DNA of 64,000 nucleotides from Thermodesulfobacteriota bacterium (GCA_021604765.1 BQJP01000008.1:918-64917); one strand, 5' to 3'; shown: positions 29,793 to 40,364, counted from the stretch's first letter. The notes: a model not told the origin generated them from the letters alone. Made by a program: numbers and translations.

Positions 29793-32101
29793 TATTGCCT
29801 CTCTTCAACCTGACTTGGATCAATGAATACTTCCCTTGGTTTTCCAGCTACTTCCTGCGGACCGACAATCCCTTCTTTTTCCATAATCTCAACTATTCGA
29901 GCCGCCCTGTTGTAACCTATCTTAAGTTTTCTCTGTAGCATAGAGATTGAAGCCTGACCACTTTCGGCGATCGTCCTTAGCGCCTGTTGATAAAGCTCGT
30001 CTTTCTCATCATCCAGATCAGAGTCACCTTCTTGTTCTTCTACAAAAGTGATTTCTTCATTATAGTGAGGCTGTCCCTGAGATTTCACAAAATCGGTTAT
30101 TCCCTCTCTCTCTTCATCAGAGATAAGAGCACCCTGGAGCCTCACAAGATTTGATGTTCCAGGCTCTAAAAATAGCATATCTCCTTTTCCAAGAAGCCTC
30201 TCCGCGCCGCCTGCATCTAAAATGATCCTCGAATCAATCTTCGAGAATACCAAGAATGAAATCCTGGCCGGGAAGTTGGCTTTGATAAGCCCTGCAACAA
30301 CGTCCGCCGAAGGACGCTGTGTTGCAACTATTAGGTGAATACCTGCTGCGCGCGCTTTCTGTGCAAGCCTTGTAACTGAATCTTTAATTTCGTTACCGGA
30401 AACCATCATAAGATCTGCAAGCTCATCAAGAACAATAACTATGTATGGTAGGAATCTCTCCCACTTATCCTCAGCGTCATGCTTCATTAAATTTTTATTG
30501 TATGACTCAATGTCTCTAACACCCTCTTCAGAAAGAATCCTATATCTGTTATCCATTTCCATCACAGCCCATCTCAGAGCTGCTGCTGCCTTTTTAGGAT
30601 CTGTTACTACTGGATGGAGAAGGTGTGGTATATCTTCATATACGGAAAGCTCAAGCATCTTGGGATCTATCATAATAAACTTAAGCTCACGGGGGCTTGC
30701 TTTGTAAAGCATGCTAGTGATTATCGCATTTAGGAGAACACTCTTTCCCGACCCTGTGGTACCTGCAATCATAAGATGAGGTGCTTTTCTAAGATCCATA
30801 TAAAAAGAAAGCCCCGAGATGTCTTTACCTAATGCGAGTGTCAAAAAGGATTCGCTCTTTGAAAACTCAGGATCCTCAAGCATTTCCCTTAACACAACAA
30901 GCTCTCGTTTTGTATTGGGAACTTCTATTCCTATAACATCCTTACCTGGGATTGGAGCAATTATTCTTATACTCACAGCACTGAGCCCCATAGCTAGATC
31001 ATTCTCAAGAGCAGCTATTTTATTGATCTTAATTCCAGGCGCCGGTTTATATTCAAACATCGTAATCACAGGACCCGGTCTTATTTCAGTAACTTTTCCC
31101 TTGACTCCAAAATCTTCTAATTTGTCTTCTATTAGTTTAGCTTTTTCATAAACAGCTGTCCTATCTACTTCAATTCCAGAATCCATTTTTGCATCCAATA
31201 AGTCAGTAGATGGAAGTTTATAATCCTCGTGCAATGTTTCCTTTTTAGGAAAAAACTCTTCCAGTCCCTTTAATTTTGGTTCCTCTACTACAATTTGCGG
31301 ATGTTCACTATCCGTCTGAATTTCCTCAGTTGTATATTCTGTGACAATTTCATCTTCCAAATTTATTATGTCTTCATTAAGTATCTCATCTACAGGACTT
31401 TGTTTACCATTTAGAACTATTGAGGCATCTGCGGTTGATATTTGAGGTTCTTCTATACTATCAGCTTTGGGTTTGGCGTAGGACTCCTTGAGTTGACTCA
31501 CTCCGCTCTTAGCTTTGTATACAAGATATTTAGATACTCCTAAGGCATGTTGGATGATATACATGGACCACTTTCCCGTAAACCCTATTAATTGCGTTAA
31601 AGATAAACTCGATATAATTATTAAACTGAGCAAAAACAATATGGTTACAATTAAATATGATCCGACCTTGCCAGCTATACCATCTCTGAGTATTGTGGCT
31701 ACCGAACTTCCTATCCATCCGCCTGCGGGGTTGTAGCCTAAAAAGTCAGTTCCTATAAATGCCAGTCCAAGAAAAGTCATTATGGCTAAGAGAAAGATAA
31801 ATGAAGCAATTGCCTTTCTATAAAGACTATTTCCAGCGCGATTCAGAAAAACAACGACAGATGAATAAAACATCACTATAGGGACTACGAAAGCACATAT
31901 ACCAAAAGCTTTTCCTAGCATATCGGAAATGAAGACTCCAATGGTACCCATAGCACCTTGAACATCTTGATCTGTACCTGAGCTATAAAAAATGAGGCTG
32001 AGAGCGGAGAAAATCCCTAAAGAGAATAAGAATGCTGAAATTAGCTCTCTAATAAGGTTATCTGAGGAATTTTGCTTGGAACTGCTTCTCTTTCTTGCCA
32101 T
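29792..32101 (-). CDS. ftsK: DNA translocase FtsK/SpoIIIE
   Basis: N-terminal 4 TM, Walker A GTTGSGKS, a C-terminal gamma winged helix, and 769 aa. Confidence 0.9.
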   Translation of the reverse strand: MARKRSSSKQNSSDNLIRELISAFLFSLGIFSALSLIFYSSGTDQDVQGAMGTIGVFISDMLGKAFGICAFVVPIVMFYSSVVVFLNRAGNSLYRKAIASFIFLLAIMTFLGLAFIGTDFLGYNPAGGWIGSSVATILRDGIAGKVGSYLIVTILFLLSLIIISSLSLTQLIGFTGKWSMYIIQHALGVSKYLVYKAKSGVSQLKESYAKPKADSIEEPQISTADASIVLNGKQSPVDEILNEDIINLEDEIVTEYTTEEIQTDSEHPQIVVEEPKLKGLEEFFPKKETLHEDYKLPSTDLLDAKMDSGIEVDRTAVYEKAKLIEDKLEDFGVKGKVTEIRPGPVITMFEYKPAPGIKINKIAALENDLAMGLSAVSIRIIAPIPGKDVIGIEVPNTKRELVVLREMLEDPEFSKSESFLTLALGKDISGLSFYMDLRKAPHLMIAGTTGSGKSVLLNAIITSMLYKASPRELKFIMIDPKMLELSVYEDIPHLLHPVVTDPKKAAAALRWAVMEMDNRYRILSEEGVRDIESYNKNLMKHDAEDKWERFLPYIVIVLDELADLMMVSGNEIKDSVTRLAQKARAAGIHLIVATQRPSADVVAGLIKANFPARISFLVFSKIDSRIILDAGGAERLLGKGDMLFLEPGTSNLVRLQGALISDEEREGITDFVKSQGQPHYNEEITFVEEQEGDSDLDDEKDELYQQALRTIAESGQASISMLQRKLKIGYNRAARIVEIMEKEGIVGPQEVAGKPREVFIDPSQVEERQ

Positions 32102-32209
32102 GGATTGTTAAAGTTAATTATACAATAATTAGGTTAAGTATTCAAAATTGTTAGGTTTAGTATATAGATCCAATCAGAGTATAAACGACATTTAAAACTG
32201 AGAGAATGC

Positions 32210-33673
32210 CTATCCTCCGTTTAAAGCAACTAGAACTGATCCTGCTGCCTCCAGAGCTAAGTGCCAGGAATCAAAAGGAAATACTCCTAGAAGAAGAGTT
32301 CCTATGCAAAGCACAACCAGCACTATCGATGAGGCAATCTTAAATGAAGGAAAAGTGGCTGTATCATCTTTCATATAAGCGTAAACAAGGACTCTTATAT
32401 AATAATATGCGGAAACTACGCTGCTTAGAATACCTATTATTGCTAACCAGTAGAAATCTGCCTGTACGGCAGAGAGAAAAATTCTATACTTAGCAAAAAA
32501 TCCTATAGTTGGTGGAATTCCTGCAAGAGAAAACATAAATACCCCTAGCGCCAGGGCAAGATATGGTCTTTTTTTCCAAAGCCCTGAAATATCCTCAAAC
32601 GTCTCACATTCCTTACCATCTCTTGATAAGTAAGCTAAAACGCCGAATGCGCCTAAGTTCATAAACATATATGCAAAAAAATAATAAATTACACTACTTA
32701 CAGCTAATTTATCACCGCCATATGCAGCAACGACACCAACCAGAGCATATCCGGCATGAGCAATACTTGAGTAAGCAAGCATACGTTTTATGCTCTTTTG
32801 AGCTATTGCCGCTATGTTCCCCACTATCATAGTGAATACTGCAACTATCCAGAGAACCGGCATAATAGTTAACTGAATCTCAGCAAATCCTTCGAAAATA
32901 ACTCTTAAAAGGATGGCAAAAGCTGCGGCCTTTACACCAACTGACATAAAAGCGGTCACAGGCATAGGGGCTCCCTCATAAACATCGGGCACCCATTGAT
33001 GTAATGGAAAAGCTCCTATCTTAAATATAAATCCGACAAGCACTAATGCGCTACCTGCCAAAAACAGTGGGTTTGTAGGATCAAATTTGCTTAATATCTC
33101 ATCCAAATAAACCGACCCTGAAGCTCCATAGAGTAGTGCTATACCGTAAAGGAGTATCGCTGATGAAAAACCGCCCAAGATAAGATATTTAATCCCGGCT
33201 TCTGTTGATCTGACAGATTTTCTGTTAAAAGCAGAGAGTATATATACAGATATAGACATTATCTCAAATCCGAGAAAAAGGGACATAAACTCTTTTCCAG
33301 AGCTTAGAATCATCATCCCTGATGTTGAAAAAAGTATTAAGGCATAAAGCTCATTTGAGTGCTTACTTATCTTTGAAAGGTAGTCTCTTGAAAAAATGAC
33401 TGCTAGAAATGCGCCAATGAGAAAAATAACATTAAAATAAGCAGCGAACTGATCTAGAGAAAGCGCTCCTGAGAAAGCTGTTTCTGGTACCCCAAATCTC
33501 TTAATATTGAGGATAAAACCAACTGCTAATCCTAAAAGTGCTATACCAAAGAGATTCTTTTTTGCAGAATCTCTGAGTATTGGATCGAGCACTATAATTA
33601 TGAGGCCTGCTATTATGAGAGAGAGTTCCGGTCCAATTAGAAGAGTACTTTTAAAAACCTCGCTTAAATCCAT
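32210..33673 (-). CDS. nuoN: NADH-quinone oxidoreductase subunit N-like antiporter subunit (PF00361 family), orphan
   Basis: 487 aa with 14 TM. N-terminus MDLSEVF…LIGPELSLIIAGLIIIVLD is NuoN-like. No other nuo/mrp gene is adjacent. Confidence 0.7.
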   Translation of the reverse strand: MDLSEVFKSTLLIGPELSLIIAGLIIIVLDPILRDSAKKNLFGIALLGLAVGFILNIKRFGVPETAFSGALSLDQFAAYFNVIFLIGAFLAVIFSRDYLSKISKHSNELYALILFSTSGMMILSSGKEFMSLFLGFEIMSISVYILSAFNRKSVRSTEAGIKYLILGGFSSAILLYGIALLYGASGSVYLDEILSKFDPTNPLFLAGSALVLVGFIFKIGAFPLHQWVPDVYEGAPMPVTAFMSVGVKAAAFAILLRVIFEGFAEIQLTIMPVLWIVAVFTMIVGNIAAIAQKSIKRMLAYSSIAHAGYALVGVVAAYGGDKLAVSSVIYYFFAYMFMNLGAFGVLAYLSRDGKECETFEDISGLWKKRPYLALALGVFMFSLAGIPPTIGFFAKYRIFLSAVQADFYWLAIIGILSSVVSAYYYIRVLVYAYMKDDTATFPSFKIASSIVLVVLCIGTLLLGVFPFDSWHLALEAAGSVLVALNGG

Positions 33674-33815
33674 TTATAATTCCTCGAAATTAGTAGAGTT
33701 TACAGAGTTAAAAGGTCGTTTTGAGTAGTTTAGTATGGTGGAGGTACAGGGTGTTGTCAAGTTCACAGCAAGCTGTGTATTTCTAATAGTCTTTATTGTT
33801 GAATTTGAGCGCTAC

Positions 33816-34637
33816 TCAAGAGTTAGCAGAGTTCTCATAATCACACTCAGGCTTAACATATTCGGCTACATCTTTAATTGTCGCGTTCTTCCCACATAAG
33901 CAACATTTTGGATGTTTATTTACTTTTACAGTGTCAAAAGTCATTTTGAGTGCATTATACATTAAGAGACGGTCCTCCAATGTATCGCCTATTTCTAATA
34001 TTTCTTTTAATGTTTCAACAGCCTGCATTGTTCCCACGGTTCCGGCTACCGCACCTAAGATTCCAGCTTCCTGGCAGCTTGGCATCATCCCTTCAGGGGG
34101 AATCTCGGGATATAAACAACGGTAACAAGCTCCACCGTTATGTGGTTTAAAGACTGAGATCTGACCCTCAAACTGCAATATTGCTCCGGAAATTAGAGTT
34201 TTTTTCTCGAAATAGCAAGCATCATTAACCAAATACCGTGTCATAAAATTATCCGAACCATCAACAACTATATCAAAATTCTTTACGATGTCCCGTATGT
34301 TATCTTTGGTAATTTTGCTGTCGTACGCAATTATATCAACATCAGGATTTAATTTCTCAAGCTTTTCCTGAGCTGAATGTGTTTTAGGTTTTCCAATATC
34401 CTCAGTATAGTGAAGGACTTGTCTTTGAAGGTTTGATATTTCCACCTGATCAGAGTCGGCAATTCCTATGGTCCCTACTCCGGCGGCAGCTAAATATAGT
34501 GCAATTGGCGAACCCAGTCCTCCTACACCTAAACAAAACACCTTTGCATCTAAAAGTTTCTTTTGCCCTTCGCCACCAACTTCCGGCAGCAAAATGTGCC
34601 TACTGTATCTATAAATCTGGTCTTCAGTTAATTGCAA
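33816..34637 (-). CDS. MoeB/ThiF-family E1-like adenylyltransferase (no rhodanese domain, C-terminal Cys cluster)
   Basis: Nucleotide-binding GVGGLGSP, catalytic-region C…C, and C-terminal CCLCGK. 273 aa. Confidence 0.85.
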   Translation of the reverse strand: MQLTEDQIYRYSRHILLPEVGGEGQKKLLDAKVFCLGVGGLGSPIALYLAAAGVGTIGIADSDQVEISNLQRQVLHYTEDIGKPKTHSAQEKLEKLNPDVDIIAYDSKITKDNIRDIVKNFDIVVDGSDNFMTRYLVNDACYFEKKTLISGAILQFEGQISVFKPHNGGACYRCLYPEIPPEGMMPSCQEAGILGAVAGTVGTMQAVETLKEILEIGDTLEDRLLMYNALKMTFDTVKVNKHPKCCLCGKNATIKDVAEYVKPECDYENSANS

Positions 34638-34640
34638 TCT

Positions 34641-35057
34641 TCAACCTTCCGTAACTTCAATTTGCTCTTCATTAAACTGCCCATCAAAATCTTCTAAAAC
34701 CCAAGCTCTAGCATCACTATATTTTCCGCTCATGATAGAAAAAATAATATAGATCCAATCAGGCCAACCTCTTTGCCTATCAGTTTCTGAAGCTTTCGAG
34801 GGATGATCAGGGTGTGAGTGATAGATTCCTAGTATTTCCATTTGATTTCCTCTCGCCCATTCATCAGCTTCTTTAAAAGAAACAGGATCTAATTCATAAC
34901 GGTCATGGGCTCTTTGTGTGTTGAGATTTCCACATTCTTTGTAGTGGGTAATATTTCCGTTTGTGCCGATCATGACTCCGCAAACTTCGTGCGGGAACCC
35001 CGCTTCAGCGTGTTTAATCATTCCATCGTATGCCGATTTTGCTACTTTTACCACCAT
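34641..35057 (-). CDS. JAMM/MPN+ metalloprotease (Mec+/CysO-hydrolase-like)
   Basis: JAMM motif E…HSHPDHPSKASETD. 138 aa. Confidence 0.85.
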   Translation of the reverse strand: MVVKVAKSAYDGMIKHAEAGFPHEVCGVMIGTNGNITHYKECGNLNTQRAHDRYELDPVSFKEADEWARGNQMEILGIYHSHPDHPSKASETDRQRGWPDWIYIIFSIMSGKYSDARAWVLEDFDGQFNEEQIEVTEG

Positions 35058-35995
35058 ATACCTCCGCTCAAATATCTATATCCTCCATCAGGGAACACTG
35101 TAACGACCACTCCCTCTTCAAGGGTTTTCGCACACTCAATTGCAGCGTAAGCAACCGCTCCTCCTGAATGACCTACAAAAATGCCTTCCTTCTTTAGAAG
35201 GTCTTTCATTGTGTCATAAGCATCTTCTGTTGTAACTCCAACCAGTTCATCCGCCTTATGTGAATCATATATTCCAGGAACAATTGACGAAGGCATATGC
35301 TTCATCCCTTCAAGCCCATGTAAAGCCTCAGAGGGTTCAATAGAAATAGTTTTAATATCAGGATTAAATTCCTTAAGCCTTCTGCTGGTTCCCATAAATG
35401 TCCCGCTAGTGCCTAGACCAGCTAGAAAATGTGTTACCCTGCCTTCCGTCTGATCCCAAATTTCAACGGCTGTTGTTTCGTAATGAGACTGAGGGTTAGC
35501 CGGGTTATTATACTGATCAGGCATATAGTACTTATCCGGATTTTCAGCTTTTAATTTCCTGGCAAGCCTTATAGCTCCATCTGAGCCTTCAAGTGGATCT
35601 GAATAAATTATTTTCGCTCCAAAAGCTGTGAGCGTTTTTTTTCTTTCAATATTAATATTCATTGGCGTAACAAGCTCTACCTTATAACCTAGAGCTGCAC
35701 CAAACATAGCATATGCAATAGCGGTATTACCGGAGGAAGAATCCATCAGAATCTTATCATGTGTTAGTTGACCGGAGTTTATTCCATCTAAAATCATCCA
35801 CAGAGCTGGACGATCCTTAACAGAACCTCCGGGATTGAACCACTCGGCCTTAGCATAAACCTCAACACTGGGTTTTATCCCTGCAGTAATATTATTCAGT
35901 TTGATGAGAGGTGTATTTCCCACCAATTCAATTACGGAATTAGCTCTTTTTAATCCGCTTTCCGAAGATTTAATTCTGGCTAACGATAGGTTCAT
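35048..35995 (-). CDS. cysM: Cysteine synthase (CysM/CysK fold, PLP-dependent)
   Basis: PLP lysine …NPGGSVKDRPA…, plus GNT…, GTSGT and …SGG… motifs. Confidence 0.85.
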   Translation of the reverse strand: MNLSLARIKSSESGLKRANSVIELVGNTPLIKLNNITAGIKPSVEVYAKAEWFNPGGSVKDRPALWMILDGINSGQLTHDKILMDSSSGNTAIAYAMFGAALGYKVELVTPMNINIERKKTLTAFGAKIIYSDPLEGSDGAIRLARKLKAENPDKYYMPDQYNNPANPQSHYETTAVEIWDQTEGRVTHFLAGLGTSGTFMGTSRRLKEFNPDIKTISIEPSEALHGLEGMKHMPSSIVPGIYDSHKADELVGVTTEDAYDTMKDLLKKEGIFVGHSGGAVAYAAIECAKTLEEGVVVTVFPDGGYRYLSGGIWW

Positions 35996-36231
35996 TAAGT
36001 ACGCTCAATTACAAGTTTGTATATATCGCCTTCTTGGTGAAGATCTAATATTTTGTGTCCGTCCTGTTCAACACTCTTGGGGACGTTTATTAAAGGCTCT
36101 CCTTCACGTAAAGTTACCTCTAGCACTTCCCCTGTGGACATAGTTTCAAGTTTCAACTTAGTTTTTACAAAAGTCATAGGGCAAATTTCTTTTGTTATAT
36201 CTATCTGACTGTCTATTTTATATTCTGTCAT
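35995..36231 (-). CDS. TusA-like sulfurtransferase (CPxP)
   Basis: 78 aa: …EICPMTFVKTK… CPxP motif. The stop overlaps the cysM start. Confidence 0.8.
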   Translation of the reverse strand: MTEYKIDSQIDITKEICPMTFVKTKLKLETMSTGEVLEVTLREGEPLINVPKSVEQDGHKILDLHQEGDIYKLVIERT

Positions 36232-36536
36232 TTTACTAACCTTACATTAACTCTCAAATACCAATACTTTGGCATTTTAAGAGTACCATACAGGCACATT
36301 TGCAACAAATATTTGTGTTTGAGCGGGGGTCTAATATTTATTTAGAAATCATGTGTAAACTAAGTCTCATCTTCTATTTCAATGTCAATTATTTCAGATT
36401 CGTCTTGATTATTATTTTTAGAAATTTTCTCTTTTTTAGAACTCACGGATAACCTCCCTACCCAAAAAGCGATAAGGATTATCAATAAAAGTATTAGTAA
36501 TTTTCCCATTTAATATTATGTTTCGACCGGCAGAAA

Positions 36537-37271
36537 TTAAGCCCGATCCTTTTGTTTATTATTTAGATTGAGCCAGGAGATAATAGATTCAAAAATCAAT
36601 CTACCCTGGGTTCCGTTAAGTATTTCTTCAGCACATCTCTCAGGGTGAGGCATCATGCCAAGCACATTGCCTTCTTTGTTAGTTATGCCTGCGATATTCT
36701 CTATTGATCCGTTAGGGTTTGACTCGGGTGTTACATCCCCATTATCAGCACAATATTTGAATACTATCTGAGAATTCTCATTAAGCGCTTTGAGCTCATC
36801 TGGAGAGCAGAAATAATTACCCTCACCATGCGCTATGGGGATTTCCAACGTATCGCCTACTTTCATGTTTTCAGTAAAAAGATTTTTAGTGCTTTCAACC
36901 CTAATATTGACCCATTTACAGACAAACTTTAAAGAGGAATTTGTTATGAGAGCCCCAGGCAGGAGACCTGATTCTACAAGAACTTGAAAACCATTACAAA
37001 TACCAATAACTGGCCTTCCAGACTGTGCGAATTTTTCTACCGACTTCATAATTGGAGAAAGACTAGCTATTGATCCAGTTCTAAGATAATCACCGTAAGA
37101 AAATCCTCCCGGCAGAACTATACAATCAAATTGCCCGACATCTGTCTCGTGGTGCCACAAGAATTCGCATTCTTGCCGTAAGACATGTTTTATAGCATGA
37201 TAGCAATCGTGATCACAGTTGGACCCAGGAAATACAACTATTCCAAACTTGTAGATATTACTCTTCGACAT
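36537..37271 (-). CDS. purQ: Phosphoribosylformylglycinamidine synthase subunit PurQ
   Basis: Class-I GATase triad …GICNGFQ… with H/E. 244 aa. Confidence 0.85.
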   Translation of the reverse strand: MSKSNIYKFGIVVFPGSNCDHDCYHAIKHVLRQECEFLWHHETDVGQFDCIVLPGGFSYGDYLRTGSIASLSPIMKSVEKFAQSGRPVIGICNGFQVLVESGLLPGALITNSSLKFVCKWVNIRVESTKNLFTENMKVGDTLEIPIAHGEGNYFCSPDELKALNENSQIVFKYCADNGDVTPESNPNGSIENIAGITNKEGNVLGMMPHPERCAEEILNGTQGRLIFESIISWLNLNNKQKDRA

Positions 37272-37509
37272 TTACAACAAAATCCTCTATCACCGGATTT
37301 GACAGGAGTTTCATGCACATATCATTCACTCGCTCTTTTACTTTACCTGCATCCTCATCAGTGATCTTTAGTTCTATTAATTTACCAATTCTTGCGTCCT
37401 CTACTTTCTCGTATCCAAGATTATGAAGTGCTGTAAGTACAGTCTTCCCCTGAGGATCTAAGACCACAGGCTTTAACTTCACTTCGACTTTAACTTTGAA
37501 TTCTTTCAT
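37258..37509 (-). CDS. purS: Phosphoribosylformylglycinamidine synthase subunit PurS
   Basis: 83 aa: …VLDPQGKTV… It overlaps purQ. Confidence 0.8.
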   Translation of the reverse strand: MKEFKVKVEVKLKPVVLDPQGKTVLTALHNLGYEKVEDARIGKLIELKITDEDAGKVKERVNDMCMKLLSNPVIEDFVVNVEE

Positions 37510-37527
37510 TAGGTTTTATTCCTTCTT

Positions 37528-38367
37528 TTATATATTCCCCTTGAGTAATGAAATAAGCCTCTCAAGTTCGTCACTAGAATAATAATCAATTTCAATCTTA
37601 CCCTTTCCCTGCTTATCCACAATTCTTACCTGTGTGCTAAGAACATTCTTCAACTCATCTAAAATTTGCTTAAGATAAATATCCTCAGGCTCTGTGGCGG
37701 TTTCTTTCTTCTTACGTTTTGAAATTTTCTTTATCAGCTGTTCCGTGTTTCTGACAGATAACCTTTGTTTTTGTATAGCTTTTAAAGCTTCTCTTGCTTC
37801 AGCTGGTGATTCAATACTCAGAATAGCACGGGCATGACCTGATGTTATATCACCAGCGATCAGGGCTGCTTTGGCTTCATCGGGAAGTTTTAACAACCTC
37901 AGCTGATTTGTTATAGTGGACCTTTCCTTTCCAATTTGACGGGAAACATCTTCATGGGTTAATTCGAACTCATCAATTAAATGTTGATAGGCAACTGCCT
38001 CTTCTATTGGGTTTAGATCTTCGCGCTGCAGGTTCTCTATTAGTGCGAGTTCCATGACCTCCCTATCAGATGCTTCTTTAATAATTACGGGAACTCTTGT
38101 AACCCCGGCCCGTTGAGCTGCTCGCCATCTCCTCTCCCCAGCAATAATCTCATAACCATTCTCAACAGTTCTGACTACAAGTGGCTGTAGAATGCCTTTT
38201 TCCTTAATAGAATTAGCAAGTTCACCAATTGCTTCTTCGTCAAATTCCTTTCTTGGCTGGGAAGAATTGGGTTTAACTTCATTTATTGACGCTACAATGT
38301 AGCCCTCAAGTTTTTCTTCTTTAGGTATAAGAGCATCCAGACCTCTACCCAGATTAGACTTCTTCAA
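37528..38367 (-). CDS. parB: Chromosome partitioning protein ParB
   Basis: ParB box …GERRWRAA…, an HTH, and 279 aa. Confidence 0.85.
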   Translation of the reverse strand: MKKSNLGRGLDALIPKEEKLEGYIVASINEVKPNSSQPRKEFDEEAIGELANSIKEKGILQPLVVRTVENGYEIIAGERRWRAAQRAGVTRVPVIIKEASDREVMELALIENLQREDLNPIEEAVAYQHLIDEFELTHEDVSRQIGKERSTITNQLRLLKLPDEAKAALIAGDITSGHARAILSIESPAEAREALKAIQKQRLSVRNTEQLIKKISKRKKKETATEPEDIYLKQILDELKNVLSTQVRIVDKQGKGKIEIDYYSSDELERLISLLKGNI

Positions 38368-39151
38368 CAGACTGACCTCCGTTCCTGGCTATTATTTCTT
38401 GTGCCAACGAGATATAACTCTTTGCTCCGATAGATTTAACGTCATACAATAACGCAGGTTTTCCGTGACTAGGTGATTCGGCGAGCCTGACGTTTCTATA
38501 GATTATAGTATCAAAAACATCACCGTTAAAATAATTTCTAAGTTCGTTTGCAACCATATGGCAAATATTATTCCTAGAGTCAAACATCGTAAGCAAATAC
38601 CCTTCTATGCTCAACTCGGGATTTAGCCTCTGCTTGATTAATGAAATAGTTCTCTTTAGCTGCCCAAGCCCCTCCATAGCATAATATTCACACTGAACAG
38701 GGACTAAGACCGAATCTGAGGCGGCTAGAGCATTCACAGTCAAAAGACTCAATGATGGTGGGCAATCAATGAAAATGTAATCGTATTGGTCCCGCACCAA
38801 GTCAATAGCATCTTTAAGTCTCCACTCCCTTCTTTCCAAATGTATGAGTTCTACTTCAGCCCCAGTTAGCTCTGAATTAGCTGGCACAACAGTTAAGAAG
38901 CCACCGAGAGAATCAGGCTCAATTTTAACAGAAATATCATTGATACTTGATTCTCCAATTAATGCATTATATATAGTTTCACTTAATCCGTCTTTATCTA
39001 CCCCAACTCCGCTTGAAGCATTACCTTGAGGGTCAAAATCGATGAACAATGTTTTCTTATGAGCTGCTGCTAACGACGCGGCAAGGTTAATTACCGTTGT
39101 TGTTTTTCCTACTCCGCCTTTCTGATTTGCAACACATATGACTTTTCCCAT
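38354..39151 (-). CDS. parA: Chromosome partitioning ATPase ParA/Soj
   Basis: Deviant Walker A KGGVGKTT. 265 aa. Confidence 0.9.
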   Translation of the reverse strand: MGKVICVANQKGGVGKTTTVINLAASLAAAHKKTLFIDFDPQGNASSGVGVDKDGLSETIYNALIGESSINDISVKIEPDSLGGFLTVVPANSELTGAEVELIHLERREWRLKDAIDLVRDQYDYIFIDCPPSLSLLTVNALAASDSVLVPVQCEYYAMEGLGQLKRTISLIKQRLNPELSIEGYLLTMFDSRNNICHMVANELRNYFNGDVFDTIIYRNVRLAESPSHGKPALLYDVKSIGAKSYISLAQEIIARNGGQSVEEV

Positions 39152-39509
39152 CTGAAGACTACCGCGAATAGCACCCCTTTATTTATATAGTGGATATCGA
39201 TTATTTAAGTCTAAATGAAAATAAAATTTAGTGACCTGGTCACTGCCTCTATGTCCAAGCTCTAACTTGAATACTATCATATTATCTACTATCACCATTC
39301 ACCGCAAGACTGCACATTTATTTAAACAATGATCGAGAATTATATATAATGTATAAAATAGCAAATACTGCCTTCTCAAATTAATATTTCTGTTAAGCTT
39401 GCTTACAATACAAAACAGTAGATTTAAGTTGCAATTTTAATAGATTCTATGTAAGATTGCTTCAGTTTATTATAGCACTACTCATATAAACATATCACAC
39501 CCAATCTGG

Positions 39510-40364
39510 TTGGACAGATTCTGGAGGCATTACATGGACACGGACCGTTATACTATTATGCTGGTCACAGCAGGGCACCAAGGTGCAAAATCTTTTAGTG
39601 TAAAAAAATCCCATATTAGATTAGTTTTTTGTAGCATTATCATATTTGCTTTTATATCACTATTTTCTTTTAGCACAAGCTATATCTATTACAAAGATTC
39701 AGCAAAAAAATCCCAGTCTGTTAACAAACTAATTAGCACTATTAATTTATTAAGCCAAGATATAGACGAAAACAGAATGATAGAAGCAAAATTGAGAAAT
39801 AAGCTTCAGGGAATAGAAGAAACTTTGCTGGAAATGCAGGAAATCCTTCAGAAAAAAGGTATTAAAAAAGAGTTATCAATCGGTGGAGAATTTATTCCAG
39901 CAGAAAGGTTGAGCCTATCATATGTTGATTATATGAAAAAGGATATAGATGACCTATTTAATACTATGATAAGTACTCCAGTGGGCACCCCCTTAAAAGG
40001 AAAGATAAATTCCAACTTTGGATACAGAAAAGACCCGTTTAAACGTAAAGCGGGTTTCCATTCTGGAATTGATATAGATGCGCATCATGGTCAGGCAGTT
40101 GTAGCAACCGCGGATGGTAAAGTTATTAAAGCTTCTTGGCACAGCAGTTATGGAAAGACCGTTATTATTAAACATGAAGATAAGTATGAAACATTATTCG
40201 GACATTTATCTAAGATTACAGTTAAAGAAGGAGACACGGTTAAGGTTGGAGATGTAATTGGTAAAGCAGGTTCCACAGGAAGGTCCACCGGAACTCACCT
40301 TCATTACGAAGTGATTAAAGATGGTAAAAGAGTAAATCCAAAAAACTTTTTATCGCTAAAATAA
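39510..40364 (+). CDS. M23-family metallo-endopeptidase with an N-terminal TM and coiled coil
   Basis: HxxxD and HxH motifs (…HSGIDIDAHHG…, GSTGRSTGTHLHYE). Confidence 0.85.
   Translation: MDRFWRHYMDTDRYTIMLVTAGHQGAKSFSVKKSHIRLVFCSIIIFAFISLFSFSTSYIYYKDSAKKSQSVNKLISTINLLSQDIDENRMIEAKLRNKLQGIEETLLEMQEILQKKGIKKELSIGGEFIPAERLSLSYVDYMKKDIDDLFNTMISTPVGTPLKGKINSNFGYRKDPFKRKAGFHSGIDIDAHHGQAVVATADGKVIKASWHSSYGKTVIIKHEDKYETLFGHLSKITVKEGDTVKVGDVIGKAGSTGRSTGTHLHYEVIKDGKRVNPKNFLSLK

Noticed and set aside
32210-32230. NuoN-like protein ends in …LNGG. I considered whether it could be the missing Gly-Gly sulfur carrier for the adjacent CysM/JAMM/E1 operon
   Set aside because: It is a 14-TM membrane antiporter subunit with no beta-grasp domain. 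A C-terminal GG is coincidental.
39152-39509. Possible oriC next to parAB (AT-rich 358-bp intergenic region, GTGACC-T-GGTCAC palindrome at 39231-39243)
   Set aside because: Only one weak DnaA-box-like 9-mer (AGTGGATAT) was seen. No DnaA box cluster, no dnaA/dnaN/gidA nearby, and no full parS (only a GTGAAACA half-site at ~48786). The evidence is insufficient.
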